A stretch of DNA of 64,000 bases from an uncultured bacterium (GTDB lineage Bacteria > Chloroflexota > UBA5177 > JANWHV01): positions 1-64,000 of the forward strand of contig CAWHAE010000018.1 in NCBI GenBank assembly GCA_963827235.1, written 5' to 3'. Below, piece after piece: positions 8,414 to 17,039 of this stretch; within the stretch, counting starts at the first letter, position 1; each line of letters begins with the position of its first letter. Made by a program: the position numbers and the translations under genes. Under the pieces are notes generated by a model, which had not been told where the DNA came from, ran no database searches, and saw only the letters and a list, made by a program, of their open reading frames with translations.

Positions 8414-10240
8414 TCAAGCCGCGGCCGACGTGGCGAGCGGAAGTCGAAGCACAAAGGTGCTCCCGCTGGGACCGGTCTCTTCCAGCTCCACATCTCCCGA
8501 CATCGCTTGCGCAAGGCGCTTCGAGAGGTACAGGCCGAGGCCCGTGCCCACCCGGCCGGCTCGCGCAGTGCTGCCCGGCACGCGCCCGAAACGCGTGAAC
8601 AGCATACTCCTGCCTTCCAGAGAGATGCCGGGCCCCAGATCCCGAACTCGCACCGCTGCCATTGTCCCTTCGCTCTGCCAGCATATCGAGACAGGACTGC
8701 CGTCCGTCGAGTACTTGGCAGCGTTGTCCAGCAGGTTGGTGACGATCTGGATCGTGCGCTCGCCGTCGGCCTGAACGGCAAGTGTCGGCGGACCGGAAAG
8801 AGTGATCGATTGGCCCCGGTAGCCGCTTTGCACCTCGCTTGCCGCCTGCTGCACCGCGTCCGCCAGAGCTATCGCCTCGCTTGCCGGACGCAACTGCCCT
8901 TCTTCCAGCCGGCTCACAAGCAACAGATCGTCCACCAGGCGCTTTTGTCGCGCCGCTGAGGCGACGATCCGTTCCACCGCCTGCAGTCGCTGCCGGTCGC
9001 CGTAATCGGCCCAGTGCGCCTGTAGAAGCTCCGCGTATCCGACGATCGCGGTAAGCGGCGTGCGCAGCTCATGACTGACCGAGGACACGAAATCGCTGCG
9101 TATGCGGGCCAGATCCTCTGCCGCGCGTTGGGCCGACGCGCGGGCAGTTATGTCTACCGCGATCCCGATCACACCGGCGAGCGACGAGTCCTGGTTGTAC
9201 TGTGGCATCCAGTACATCTCCACCGTGTGGCGATTCGTGAGGAGGGTGGCAGTGTGCGACTCGCCCGCCGCGGCACGCCTGAAGTGCTCGGTTAGCTCCG
9301 GCCGGTCGGCGAACGCTTCCTCCAGGCGTTTTCCCACCAGGCTTTCAGCTGTAGCCTCGAGCAGGTGGAGCGCTCCGCCGGTGGAAAGCGCAAAGTACCC
9401 TTCGGGATCCAGGCTGAATAGAAAGATGGGCGCCCGCTGCAACACGGCGTGAAGCCGTTCCTCGGCGGTGCGGCTGCTTTCGTGGGCCCGCGCCCTTTCC
9501 ACTGCAACGCCCACGAGATTGGCCAGAGCGAGCAGCTGGCCGGCAGCGTCCGGAGCGATCGGCCGGCCGCTGAGCAGATTATCCACCGAGAGCACGCCGG
9601 TCAATCGATCGCCGGTGTGCAGGGCGACCATGAGATTGTGGGTCGGGCTGCCGTCGTAAAGGTAGCGCAAGTCCGGCGGGCACTCGGCCATGGCGTCGGC
9701 CGTGTAGTAGGATTGCGCGCCAAGCAGGACGGCCGCGAAGCCCGGCAGATGCCAGATGTCGCTATCCGCCGTGAGATGAAAGCGACGCGTTGCCGGCTCG
9801 GTCTTTTGTCCGGAAGCGTCCGTGCCAAGGCAATCTTCGAAGAAGCCCGTGACGTAGTCGAAGAGGTTAACACCCACCCGGTCGTAGCCGAGTCCGAGGC
9901 GAACGCTCTCGTAGGCGACGTCGAGCACCTCGGAGAGCGAGCTGGACGCATTCAGGCGCCGGCTCACCTCCCGCAGCCACTCGAGCTCCACCACTCGGCG
10001 CTCCACATTGCGGCGAAGCGCTTGCCGCTCGCTCCATGCCATGCCCAGGTGCAACAGCGCGGCAGCCGCGACGACGGCGATCGTCGCCCCCGTGACTCCT
10101 GCGTGGGCTACGGCTACCAGGGCCACGCAAAGCGATATCGCGCCCGCCACCGCGACCGCACGAGGTAGCGGCGGGCCGGCGCGATCCCGCGCCAAACCGG
10201 CCGGCTCGCCCGGCACTGTCTGGTGGTCATTGAGGGTCAT
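8414..10240 (-). CDS. Sensor histidine kinase (TM-GAF-PAS-HisKA-HATPase)
   Basis: VSHELRTPLT H-box, NLLDNAAKYS, DLGPGI, GTGLGLYLS; GAF and PAS segments upstream. Confidence 0.92.
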   Translation of the reverse strand: MTLNDHQTVPGEPAGLARDRAGPPLPRAVAVAGAISLCVALVAVAHAGVTGATIAVVAAAALLHLGMAWSERQALRRNVERRVVELEWLREVSRRLNASSSLSEVLDVAYESVRLGLGYDRVGVNLFDYVTGFFEDCLGTDASGQKTEPATRRFHLTADSDIWHLPGFAAVLLGAQSYYTADAMAECPPDLRYLYDGSPTHNLMVALHTGDRLTGVLSVDNLLSGRPIAPDAAGQLLALANLVGVAVERARAHESSRTAEERLHAVLQRAPIFLFSLDPEGYFALSTGGALHLLEATAESLVGKRLEEAFADRPELTEHFRRAAAGESHTATLLTNRHTVEMYWMPQYNQDSSLAGVIGIAVDITARASAQRAAEDLARIRSDFVSSVSHELRTPLTAIVGYAELLQAHWADYGDRQRLQAVERIVASAARQKRLVDDLLLVSRLEEGQLRPASEAIALADAVQQAASEVQSGYRGQSITLSGPPTLAVQADGERTIQIVTNLLDNAAKYSTDGSPVSICWQSEGTMAAVRVRDLGPGISLEGRSMLFTRFGRVPGSTARAGRVGTGLGLYLSKRLAQAMSGDVELEETGPSGSTFVLRLPLATSAAA

Positions 10241-10609
10241 TCAGCTGAGTCCAGGTCGGTCACGATCCGGCGACATGCCCCGATCGGCTCGCCGATAGGC
10301 CGGCAGAACGCGATTGGGGCCTACGCTCAAGAGTAGGCGAGCAGGAGGGCCCAGACAATCACCCGGTAGGTAGGTGCAACCTATGATCGGGCTGCGTGCC
10401 ATCCGCCAGGGCGGGCATGGCCCGCCCGGCCGACCAGAGACAGTCCCGCCGGGCGCCGTTTCAGCGTTGATCGAATCGGAGACGCATGGGACGCGGCCGC
10501 GGACCCCGGGCCGCGTTCGCGGCACGTCGTTCTCCAAGATGGCGCTGACATGCTACAAGAATCGCTCCTGCTCCAGAGGCAGACGGCAGGCTGGGCGTGC
10601 AAGAACCGT

Positions 10610-10868
10610 GCACAACGCCGTGGGCACGGTGCTGACCAGCACGGACGGCGGTGCCGGCCGGACGATCCGGAGCACCGGCGCACGCCTACGTCTTAACGCC
10701 GTGAGCTGTACCAGCGCCAGCTTCTGCCTGGCGGTGGGCGACAAGGGCGCCGTCGTCACTACAACCGACGGCGGCAGCAGCGGCAAGTCGTTGACCGGAG
10801 TGAGCTGCTCAGGAATCGACAGATGCGCCGCGGTGGGCCAGGGCGGCGTGATTCTGTCCATGAGATGA
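10610..10868 (+). pseudogene. Fragment of a BNR/YCF48-like beta-propeller repeat protein
   Basis: GTVLTSTDGG, LNAVSCTSASFCLAVGDKGAVVTTTDGG, LTGVSCSGIDRCAAVGQGGVIL; the Trp expected after TDGG is missing and there is no clear start. Confidence 0.55.
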
Positions 10869-11117
10869 CGGCCGTTCCTGGCGTCGCAGGATCGCGCCTG
10901 CGAGCTCGACCATCGCCGCGGCCTCTTCAAGCTCACGCACCCGGCGAGAGATGCGCTGTAGCTCGCCCGAGGGAACACCGTGCCAGCAGTCCTCGCAGAA
11001 CCAGACCCCGCCCCAAGGCAGGTGAGAGGCCTGTTCATGCGATACTTCTCCGCAGTTCGCGCACCGGTGCCCCTCGATGCTATCTTCCCTATGCACACGA
11101 ACCGACGCCATGTCCAT
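10809..11117 (-). CDS. Small putative Zn-ribbon protein with C-terminal helix
   Basis: CANC-x16-CEDC followed by coiled-coil-like ELQRISRRVRELEE. Confidence 0.5.
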   Translation of the reverse strand: MDMASVRVHREDSIEGHRCANCGEVSHEQASHLPWGGVWFCEDCWHGVPSGELQRISRRVRELEEAAAMVELAGAILRRQERPSSHGQNHAALAHRGASVDS

Positions 11118-11270
11118 GTTCCTGCTCGCTCCGGCAACAACTCGCCACTCTCGGGCGCCATTCACCAACCAAGACTCTGCCCGGACTCTGGGGATGATCG
11201 TGCCTGCCGCCCCGACGGCTGCCGGCCCTCGCACCGCGCGGTGGCTCGACGGCCCGGCGCCGATCGGGGC

Positions 11271-11741
11271 TCAGGACGACAGGGCTGCAATACGCGAGCG
11301 CACGCCGGCGATCGCTGCATCGACCCCGTCTGCACAGGCGCGCAGCCGCGCAGCAGCATCTGATTCGCCATGCAGCACCGCGCGCGTTTCCAGATCGAGC
11401 CGTATGACGTAGAGGTCCTGGATCATCTCGTCGCACCCCTCTCGCACGAGATGAGCCCTGCCTGCCAGCCTGGCCAGCCGCCGCGACCGCGCAATCAGCT
11501 CATCTGCCGGCTCCGGCGCACCACCGGCGTCGCCCGGATTGCCTATTCGCCCCGCGAGCATGCCGATGGACATAAGCTCGTCACGCAGGCGATACCACAG
11601 CGCGAAACTCAGCCCCGGGTGCCCCTCCGGCGAGTGCCGCATCGGCCGCGTCACGGCCATCTCAGGAAGGCTGTGCACAAGATTCGCCTGCAATGGCGAA
11701 CGGGCTAACGGTGGGATCTGCGGATCCTGGTCAAAGTACAT
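11271..11741 (-). CDS. Hypothetical helical protein, possibly degenerate DHp-like helices
   Basis: ATG at 11741 with GAGGA RBS; segments YRLRDELMSIGMLA and REGCDEMIQDLYVIRLDLE resemble HisKA and HisKA_3 H-box helices without the His. Confidence 0.5.
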   Translation of the reverse strand: MYFDQDPQIPPLARSPLQANLVHSLPEMAVTRPMRHSPEGHPGLSFALWYRLRDELMSIGMLAGRIGNPGDAGGAPEPADELIARSRRLARLAGRAHLVREGCDEMIQDLYVIRLDLETRAVLHGESDAAARLRACADGVDAAIAGVRSRIAALSS

Positions 11742-11908
11742 ATCTATTCCTCTGCTCCTGGCCACAACGGACCGAACGAACCCGGCGAGTCAGCCACGGC
11801 GGATGCACCGGATCCGTTGCTGTATGCCTGAATGCCGGCGATGCTGAAGCGGCAGGAGTCGTGACCTACTCCGCGCTCGAGCACGTAGCACCTTAGCCTA
11901 GCGAAGCA

Positions 11909-11948
11909 AGGTCAACGGCAGGTCAACGAAGCGTCACGGTCGCGTCAA
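11909..11948 (-). promoter_or_regulatory. Four 11-bp-phased GTCA direct repeats, putative OmpR/PhoB-type operator
   Basis: GTCA at 11911, 11922, 11933 and 11944; the first two are identical AGGTCAAC; lies upstream of the 11271..11741 gene. Confidence 0.6.
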
Positions 11949-12003
11949 TACCGGTGCGTGGGGCGCCGGAGACGCGTGGCCGCGCCCGCCGCGCGAATGG
12001 GAC

Positions 12004-12693
12004 TCAGAACTCCGGCACATAGCGGTAGCCGATGCCGCGCACCGTCTCAATATAAATTGGATGCGCCGCGTCGTCGCCCAGCTTGCGGCGCAGACGCTCA
12101 ACGAAGACCTTCAACACACGAGGGTCCGACCCATAGCCGGTTCCCCACACCTGACTGAGCAGAAACTCGCGTGGCAGCACGGTTCCGGCGTGGCGCATGA
12201 ACAACTCGAGGAGATCGAATTCCGTGGCAGTCAGGCGGATGGCCTCGTCATCTCTCCGGACCCGGCGCGTGGCGCGGTCCAGCGTCACCAAACCGATACG
12301 CAATGATTCGTCCGCCGGAGCGCCGTCGGCCCGGCGTCGAAGTGCACGCAGCCGCGCCATAAGCTCCAGATGGTCGAAGGGCTTGGTCAGGTAGTCGTCC
12401 GCGCCGAGATCGAGTGCTCGCACCTTGTCCAGCGTGGCATCGCGCGCGGTGAGCATAAGGATTGGAGCTCTCGACCGTTCTCGCATGCGCCGGCACACCT
12501 CGAATCCGTCGTGACCCGGCAGCACGAGGTCCAGAATGACGAGCTGCGCCGGCTCGATGCCGAAGCGCCGCACGGCCTGCGTGCCATTGCCGGCGATCGT
12601 CACGCCTGCGTCCGGCCACACCAGGCGCACGGCGTAGGCGATGACCTCGGCCACATCGGGCTCGTCCTCGACTATCATCACGGTAAAAGTCAC
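12004..12693 (-). CDS. OmpR/PhoB-family response regulator
   Basis: IVEDE, LVILDLVLPGHDG, GADDYLTKPF, winged-helix LTATEFDLL...ETVRGIGY; GTG overlaps the kinase stop. Confidence 0.95.
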   Translation of the reverse strand: MTFTVMIVEDEPDVAEVIAYAVRLVWPDAGVTIAGNGTQAVRRFGIEPAQLVILDLVLPGHDGFEVCRRMRERSRAPILMLTARDATLDKVRALDLGADDYLTKPFDHLELMARLRALRRRADGAPADESLRIGLVTLDRATRRVRRDDEAIRLTATEFDLLELFMRHAGTVLPREFLLSQVWGTGYGSDPRVLKVFVERLRRKLGDDAAHPIYIETVRGIGYRYVPEF

Positions 12694-15311
12694 CTGGGCA
12701 CTCCATCTCGCGGCAGCACGATGTGGAACTCGGCTCCCCGATCGCGCGGGCTTTCCGCCCAAATGCGACCGCAGTGCAGTTCCACGAGACCGCGAGCGAT
12801 GGCCAGGCCCAAGCCGGTGCCGCCCGCCGTGGAGCCGGCGCGCTCGAACCGCTCGAAGATGTGCTCCAGCTGTTCTCGTGGGATGCCTGGACCGTTGTCA
12901 CAGACGTCGAGCGCAACGTGCTTCTCGGTAAGATTCCCGCTGATCCTGACCGTGGTACCGGCCGGCGCATGGCGATGGACATTGGCAAGCAGATTTGCCA
13001 CGACCTGCTCCAGCCGGCGCTGATCGGCTCGGACGACGAGTGCCGCAGGCAAGTCCAGCCGTACGGTCTGTCCCTTCTCCTGGAGTAGCGGCTCCACCAT
13101 GCTTACCGCCGCTTCCACAGCATCGTTCAGGTCGCAGACGGAAGCTTCGAGCCGGAGCACACCCGAGTCCAGCTTAGTGAGCGTCAGCAAGTCCTCAATC
13201 AAAGCGCCGAGCCTGTGCGTGTTGCGCCGTATCGTGGACAGCAGATTGCGATCGGCGGCCGCCAACCGGTCGCCGGCGCCAAGCTCCAGGAGGCCCAATC
13301 CTGCCTGCGCCGCCGTCAGCGGAGTGCGCAGCTCGTGGGAGATCATGCCGAGAAACGAGGACTGCAGTTGCTCGCGCTCGCGCAGCCGGATCGATTCCGC
13401 GCGCAGATGCTGAAGCCGTTCGCGCTCTATCACCAGCGTCACGAGCCTGCCCGTCGCCAGCGCCAGATCCAGCGGGTCGGGACCACGGCCGTGAGCGGCG
13501 TCGCCGGGAAGGACGCCAAGCACGCCGGCCAGCTCGTTGCCAAGACGGAGTGGCACGCAGAGTATTGCTGCCCTGGCTGTGTCGCGCAGGACATCGCCGC
13601 CGGCCGGTGCCGCCACGTCCAGTGTCAGCGCCTCACCGGCGCAGAGGCGATCGAAGCAGGCGGCTACCGCGATGCAGGTGCGCAGATCCGCACCCTCCCG
13701 GTAGATCAGCCAAACCTGCGCGGCGAAAGAATCGGGGGCGAACAGCGAGACCGATCTGATCGTGCTGGTCTGAGGCATAAGGGTGATGAGGGCCACGCTG
13801 CGGCACGCCAGTACCTCGCCGACAACCTCGACCAGTCGGCGGCGCAGCAACCCCGAGTCCGACGATTCGATGTGCGCCGTCTCTTCGGGCTCGTCGGGCG
13901 GTGCCACCAGCGTCTCGGCGAGGCGCAGCAGGCCGTCCAGCGCCCGTTGCGTGCGCTGCTGGGCGCGAGCCGCGTCCTGGCGCGCCTGCAGGGCGGCCTG
14001 ATAGAGCCGCGCACTGTCGATCGCAATGGCGGCTCGCTGTGCCACGGTGGCCAGCAGGGTCACGGTGGCCGGATCGTAGTGGAATCCAGGCACCGTAGAC
14101 ACCGCGGTGAGCGCGCCAAGTGAACATCCTCCCGCCTGAAGGGGCACTGCCACGGACGCGCAGGGACTCAAGGCTCGCAGCAAAGCGAGGTGATCCTCGC
14201 TGGTCGCGGCCGCGATAAGCTGGGCGTCCGTGATGTCTTCGAGTATGGCGGGTCGACCGGTTCTCACAGCCGTCCCGATGATCTGTGTTGAGTTCTGGTC
14301 GGGCGGATAGGCCTGAGCCAGCTCGTGCAAGCGCTTCTCCATGGCCGGGCTGCGATGCGCGACCGCCACGCGCCGTATCGATCGGTCGTCCTCGACCAGG
14401 TCGACCGTACACCAGTCGGCCAGGCTGGGGACGATGAGGTTCGCGGTGGTCTGCAGCGTGACTTCATAATCGAGCGAGGATGCGAGCACTGCACCGGCCG
14501 CGGACAGGAATCTGAGTGCCTCCTCGGCCCGTTTTCGCTCGGTGATGTCGCGGTTGATCTCCAGGATGGCCGCCGGGCGTCCCGTGGCGTCCCGGCGCAA
14601 GACCTGCCGGCTCTCCACGACAACAGCGCGGCCGTCGCGGGCGGCATGAGTCAGCTCGCCCAGCCATTCCCCGTCGCGTTCCAACCTTTCGGCTGTCGCC
14701 TCTTGCGACCGCGGAAATATGGTCGCTAGCAGCTCGTGAGTGACACGACCCGCGGCCTCGCGGGCCGACCAGCCGTAGAGCAGCTCGGCACCTCGATTCC
14801 AGTAGGTGACCGCCGAGGAAACCGGATCGCGGATGATCACAGCGTCGTGAGATAGGTCGAGCAGCTCGGTCAGCTCGCGCGTCCGGCTCTCGACTGCCTT
14901 GCGCACCCCGATGTCGCGGTGAATACCGACGGCCCCCACGACTGCGCCGTGTTCGTCACGCACGGGTGAGACACTGACGGACACGGCCACAATCGAGCCA
15001 TCCCTGTGCCGGCGCCAGGTGTCGAGATCGAGGACTGGCTCGCCGTGCATCAACGCCATGCGGATTCGCTCTGCCTCGTCGAGCTGGCCGGCCACGGCCA
15101 GCATGTTGATCGAACGGCCGATAGCCTCGTCTCGCGTGTACCCATAGAGCCGTTCAGCACCGGCGTTCCAGCTGGTGATGCTTCGGTCGAGCATCATGCC
15201 AACGATCGCGTCGCTCGAGCTCGCCACGAGGGCGGCGCTGTCGGCCGACACCTGCTCGACCAGCTGTCTTTGCCGCTCTGCGTTAGCCGGTGCCGTGGTT
15301 CGAGGGGTCAT
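12690..15311 (-). CDS. Cytoplasmic sensor histidine kinase (PAS-PAS-GAF-GAF-HisKA-HATPase)
   Basis: Two WNxGAExLYG PAS motifs, GAF (SLDYEVTL...ADWC), ISHELRTPLT, DNGPGI, GTGLGLAI. Confidence 0.93.
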   Translation of the reverse strand: MTPRTTAPANAERQRQLVEQVSADSAALVASSSDAIVGMMLDRSITSWNAGAERLYGYTRDEAIGRSINMLAVAGQLDEAERIRMALMHGEPVLDLDTWRRHRDGSIVAVSVSVSPVRDEHGAVVGAVGIHRDIGVRKAVESRTRELTELLDLSHDAVIIRDPVSSAVTYWNRGAELLYGWSAREAAGRVTHELLATIFPRSQEATAERLERDGEWLGELTHAARDGRAVVVESRQVLRRDATGRPAAILEINRDITERKRAEEALRFLSAAGAVLASSLDYEVTLQTTANLIVPSLADWCTVDLVEDDRSIRRVAVAHRSPAMEKRLHELAQAYPPDQNSTQIIGTAVRTGRPAILEDITDAQLIAAATSEDHLALLRALSPCASVAVPLQAGGCSLGALTAVSTVPGFHYDPATVTLLATVAQRAAIAIDSARLYQAALQARQDAARAQQRTQRALDGLLRLAETLVAPPDEPEETAHIESSDSGLLRRRLVEVVGEVLACRSVALITLMPQTSTIRSVSLFAPDSFAAQVWLIYREGADLRTCIAVAACFDRLCAGEALTLDVAAPAGGDVLRDTARAAILCVPLRLGNELAGVLGVLPGDAAHGRGPDPLDLALATGRLVTLVIERERLQHLRAESIRLREREQLQSSFLGMISHELRTPLTAAQAGLGLLELGAGDRLAAADRNLLSTIRRNTHRLGALIEDLLTLTKLDSGVLRLEASVCDLNDAVEAAVSMVEPLLQEKGQTVRLDLPAALVVRADQRRLEQVVANLLANVHRHAPAGTTVRISGNLTEKHVALDVCDNGPGIPREQLEHIFERFERAGSTAGGTGLGLAIARGLVELHCGRIWAESPRDRGAEFHIVLPRDGVPR

Positions 15312-15508
15312 TCCAGGAATGCCTCGATGCTGTCCATTCCATGCGCAAGCTCGCCGGCCCGTACTGTTCTAGCGTGTCCGAACCGCGTCTTTCTTTCAAG
15401 ATGCCTATTCGCAGCGCGTCCTGCATCACGGCAAAGGCACTCGCCAGGGCGATCGCCGGCGCGCTGGCGGACCAAGGGATCCTCGCGATTGCCAGGCCGG
15501 CAGCCAAT

Positions 15509-16663
15509 TTACCTGGGACCGCGGTAGCGGTAGACCCGGCTAAGCTTCCTTATGCCGCCGGGACCGCTAGCCTGGATGGTCACGCTCGCGCTGCCAACCG
15601 TGTTCGCGGGAACGCTGAGCTTGACCACGCAGGCGTAGAAACCGCGTGTACCGGTCTTGCCCGTCCGCGTCGCCGAGAACACGGTCCTCGAGTGGCCGTG
15701 GGACAGTGCGGCCCGTATGGCGACGCCGACGCGCACACTCGTACCCGCCGCAGCATAGTAGGCGACAAGTACGGTGCCGCTGCCGAACTCAGGCCGGATC
15801 ATGACACCGACGACCAGCGGGGCCGCCTTTGACGTTTTGTGTGCCGGGGTGGGCGACGGTGTGACCGTGGCTACCTTTGTTTTCGGCGTCGCGGCGGCGG
15901 TGGGCGGCAGCTGCGTGCTGGTAGAAGCGCCGGCCGTCGGTGTGGCCGCGGCGACGGTCTGGGTAGCAGTGGCCGTCGACGGCAGCGCCGTCGGGCTCTG
16001 CGTCGCGGTCGCGCTCGGCGTGGCGGCAACTATCGTGCTCGTCGCAGTGGCGCCGACGGTGCTCGTCGACGTGGGCACCATCGTGGTGCTGGTGGGTACC
16101 ACGGTGGCCGTGCTGGTGCTCACCGGCATAGTGGCCGTGTTGGTAGGTGTGTTGAATGTCAGCACGAACAGACTGAAGGTGGCACTCACATCGACCAAGG
16201 TTTGCCCGCGAGTGACGCCGGATGCCTCCGTGACCACGAGGTGGAACGTGTGCGTGCCGGCCGACGTGCCGCTCGGTATCTGATACTGGTAGCTCTGACC
16301 GGTGCATTGCGTGCCGAATCCGAAGCCGGCAGCGGTGTTGGCCGAACAGGAGGCGATGGTCGGTCGCGTCAGGCTGGTCGAATCAAACGTGAAGGTGACG
16401 GTGTCGGTGGCCAGGTCCGCCTCGCGAGGGAAGTACAGTCCGCTGAGCGAGACGGTCGTCAGGGGGAGGCCCGAGGTAGGACTGGCGACGAGACTCGGGC
16501 TGCCGGCAGCGTGGCTGCGGTCGACTGCCCCCCGCATGCCCGGCAGCGTCCATACGACCAGCAATGCGGCCACCACGGCCAGGACGCTCAGGGACAAATG
16601 CCGCGACCCGTTGCAGGCCACGGGCACGGTGTCCGGCTCGCGCGGGGATCGATCGATACGCAT
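15509..16663 (-). CDS. Secreted protein with Ig-like domains and a long Thr/Ala/Pro-rich linker
   Basis: Hydrophobic leader ending SHA-AG, beta-rich domain (GTSAGTHTFHLVV), TATPT-type linker of about 100 aa, basic C-terminal domain; start uncertain. Confidence 0.65.
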   Translation of the reverse strand: MRIDRSPREPDTVPVACNGSRHLSLSVLAVVAALLVVWTLPGMRGAVDRSHAAGSPSLVASPTSGLPLTTVSLSGLYFPREADLATDTVTFTFDSTSLTRPTIASCSANTAAGFGFGTQCTGQSYQYQIPSGTSAGTHTFHLVVTEASGVTRGQTLVDVSATFSLFVLTFNTPTNTATMPVSTSTATVVPTSTTMVPTSTSTVGATATSTIVAATPSATATQSPTALPSTATATQTVAAATPTAGASTSTQLPPTAAATPKTKVATVTPSPTPAHKTSKAAPLVVGVMIRPEFGSGTVLVAYYAAAGTSVRVGVAIRAALSHGHSRTVFSATRTGKTGTRGFYACVVKLSVPANTVGSASVTIQASGPGGIRKLSRVYRYRGPR

Positions 16664-17039
16664 GCGACCCTCCAGCTCCCTCACTGCCGGCAACGCCACG
16701 CTATCGCGGCGACCGCGCTGAGGACGGCGCGCCGCCCGGCATTCCCCATCCTATCCCAAGATGAGGCCGCTGGGAAGCCCGGCCGGCAAACAATTCGATC
16801 ATTGCTTCGCCGCCACGGCATGATCTGTCCGTTTCGCGGGCACATCCGGCGCAGATCGGCTATACAGCGGCGCCACAGCAGAGTATGCTTGGGCCATGCG
16901 CGTGCTGGGTCCGTTGCGTCCTGGATAGATGATCCACAGTCCGGCTTGGTAGGCCCCGACTGGCAGCACGGCGACGAGCAGGCACGCATACGTGGCCGGC
17001 GTGTCTCCGGCCGCACTCTCACAGCCTGGAGGCGATGGC

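Noticed and set aside
15774-16283. Val-rich hydrophobic ORF resembling a membrane protein
   Set aside because: Mirror image of the Thr-rich linker on the opposite strand
16780-16830. GGCAAAC segment reminiscent of a c-di-GMP-I riboswitch upstream of the giant operon
   Set aside because: Lacks the GAAA tetraloop stem and the GACGCAAAGC consensus; an Infernal/Rfam scan would settle it
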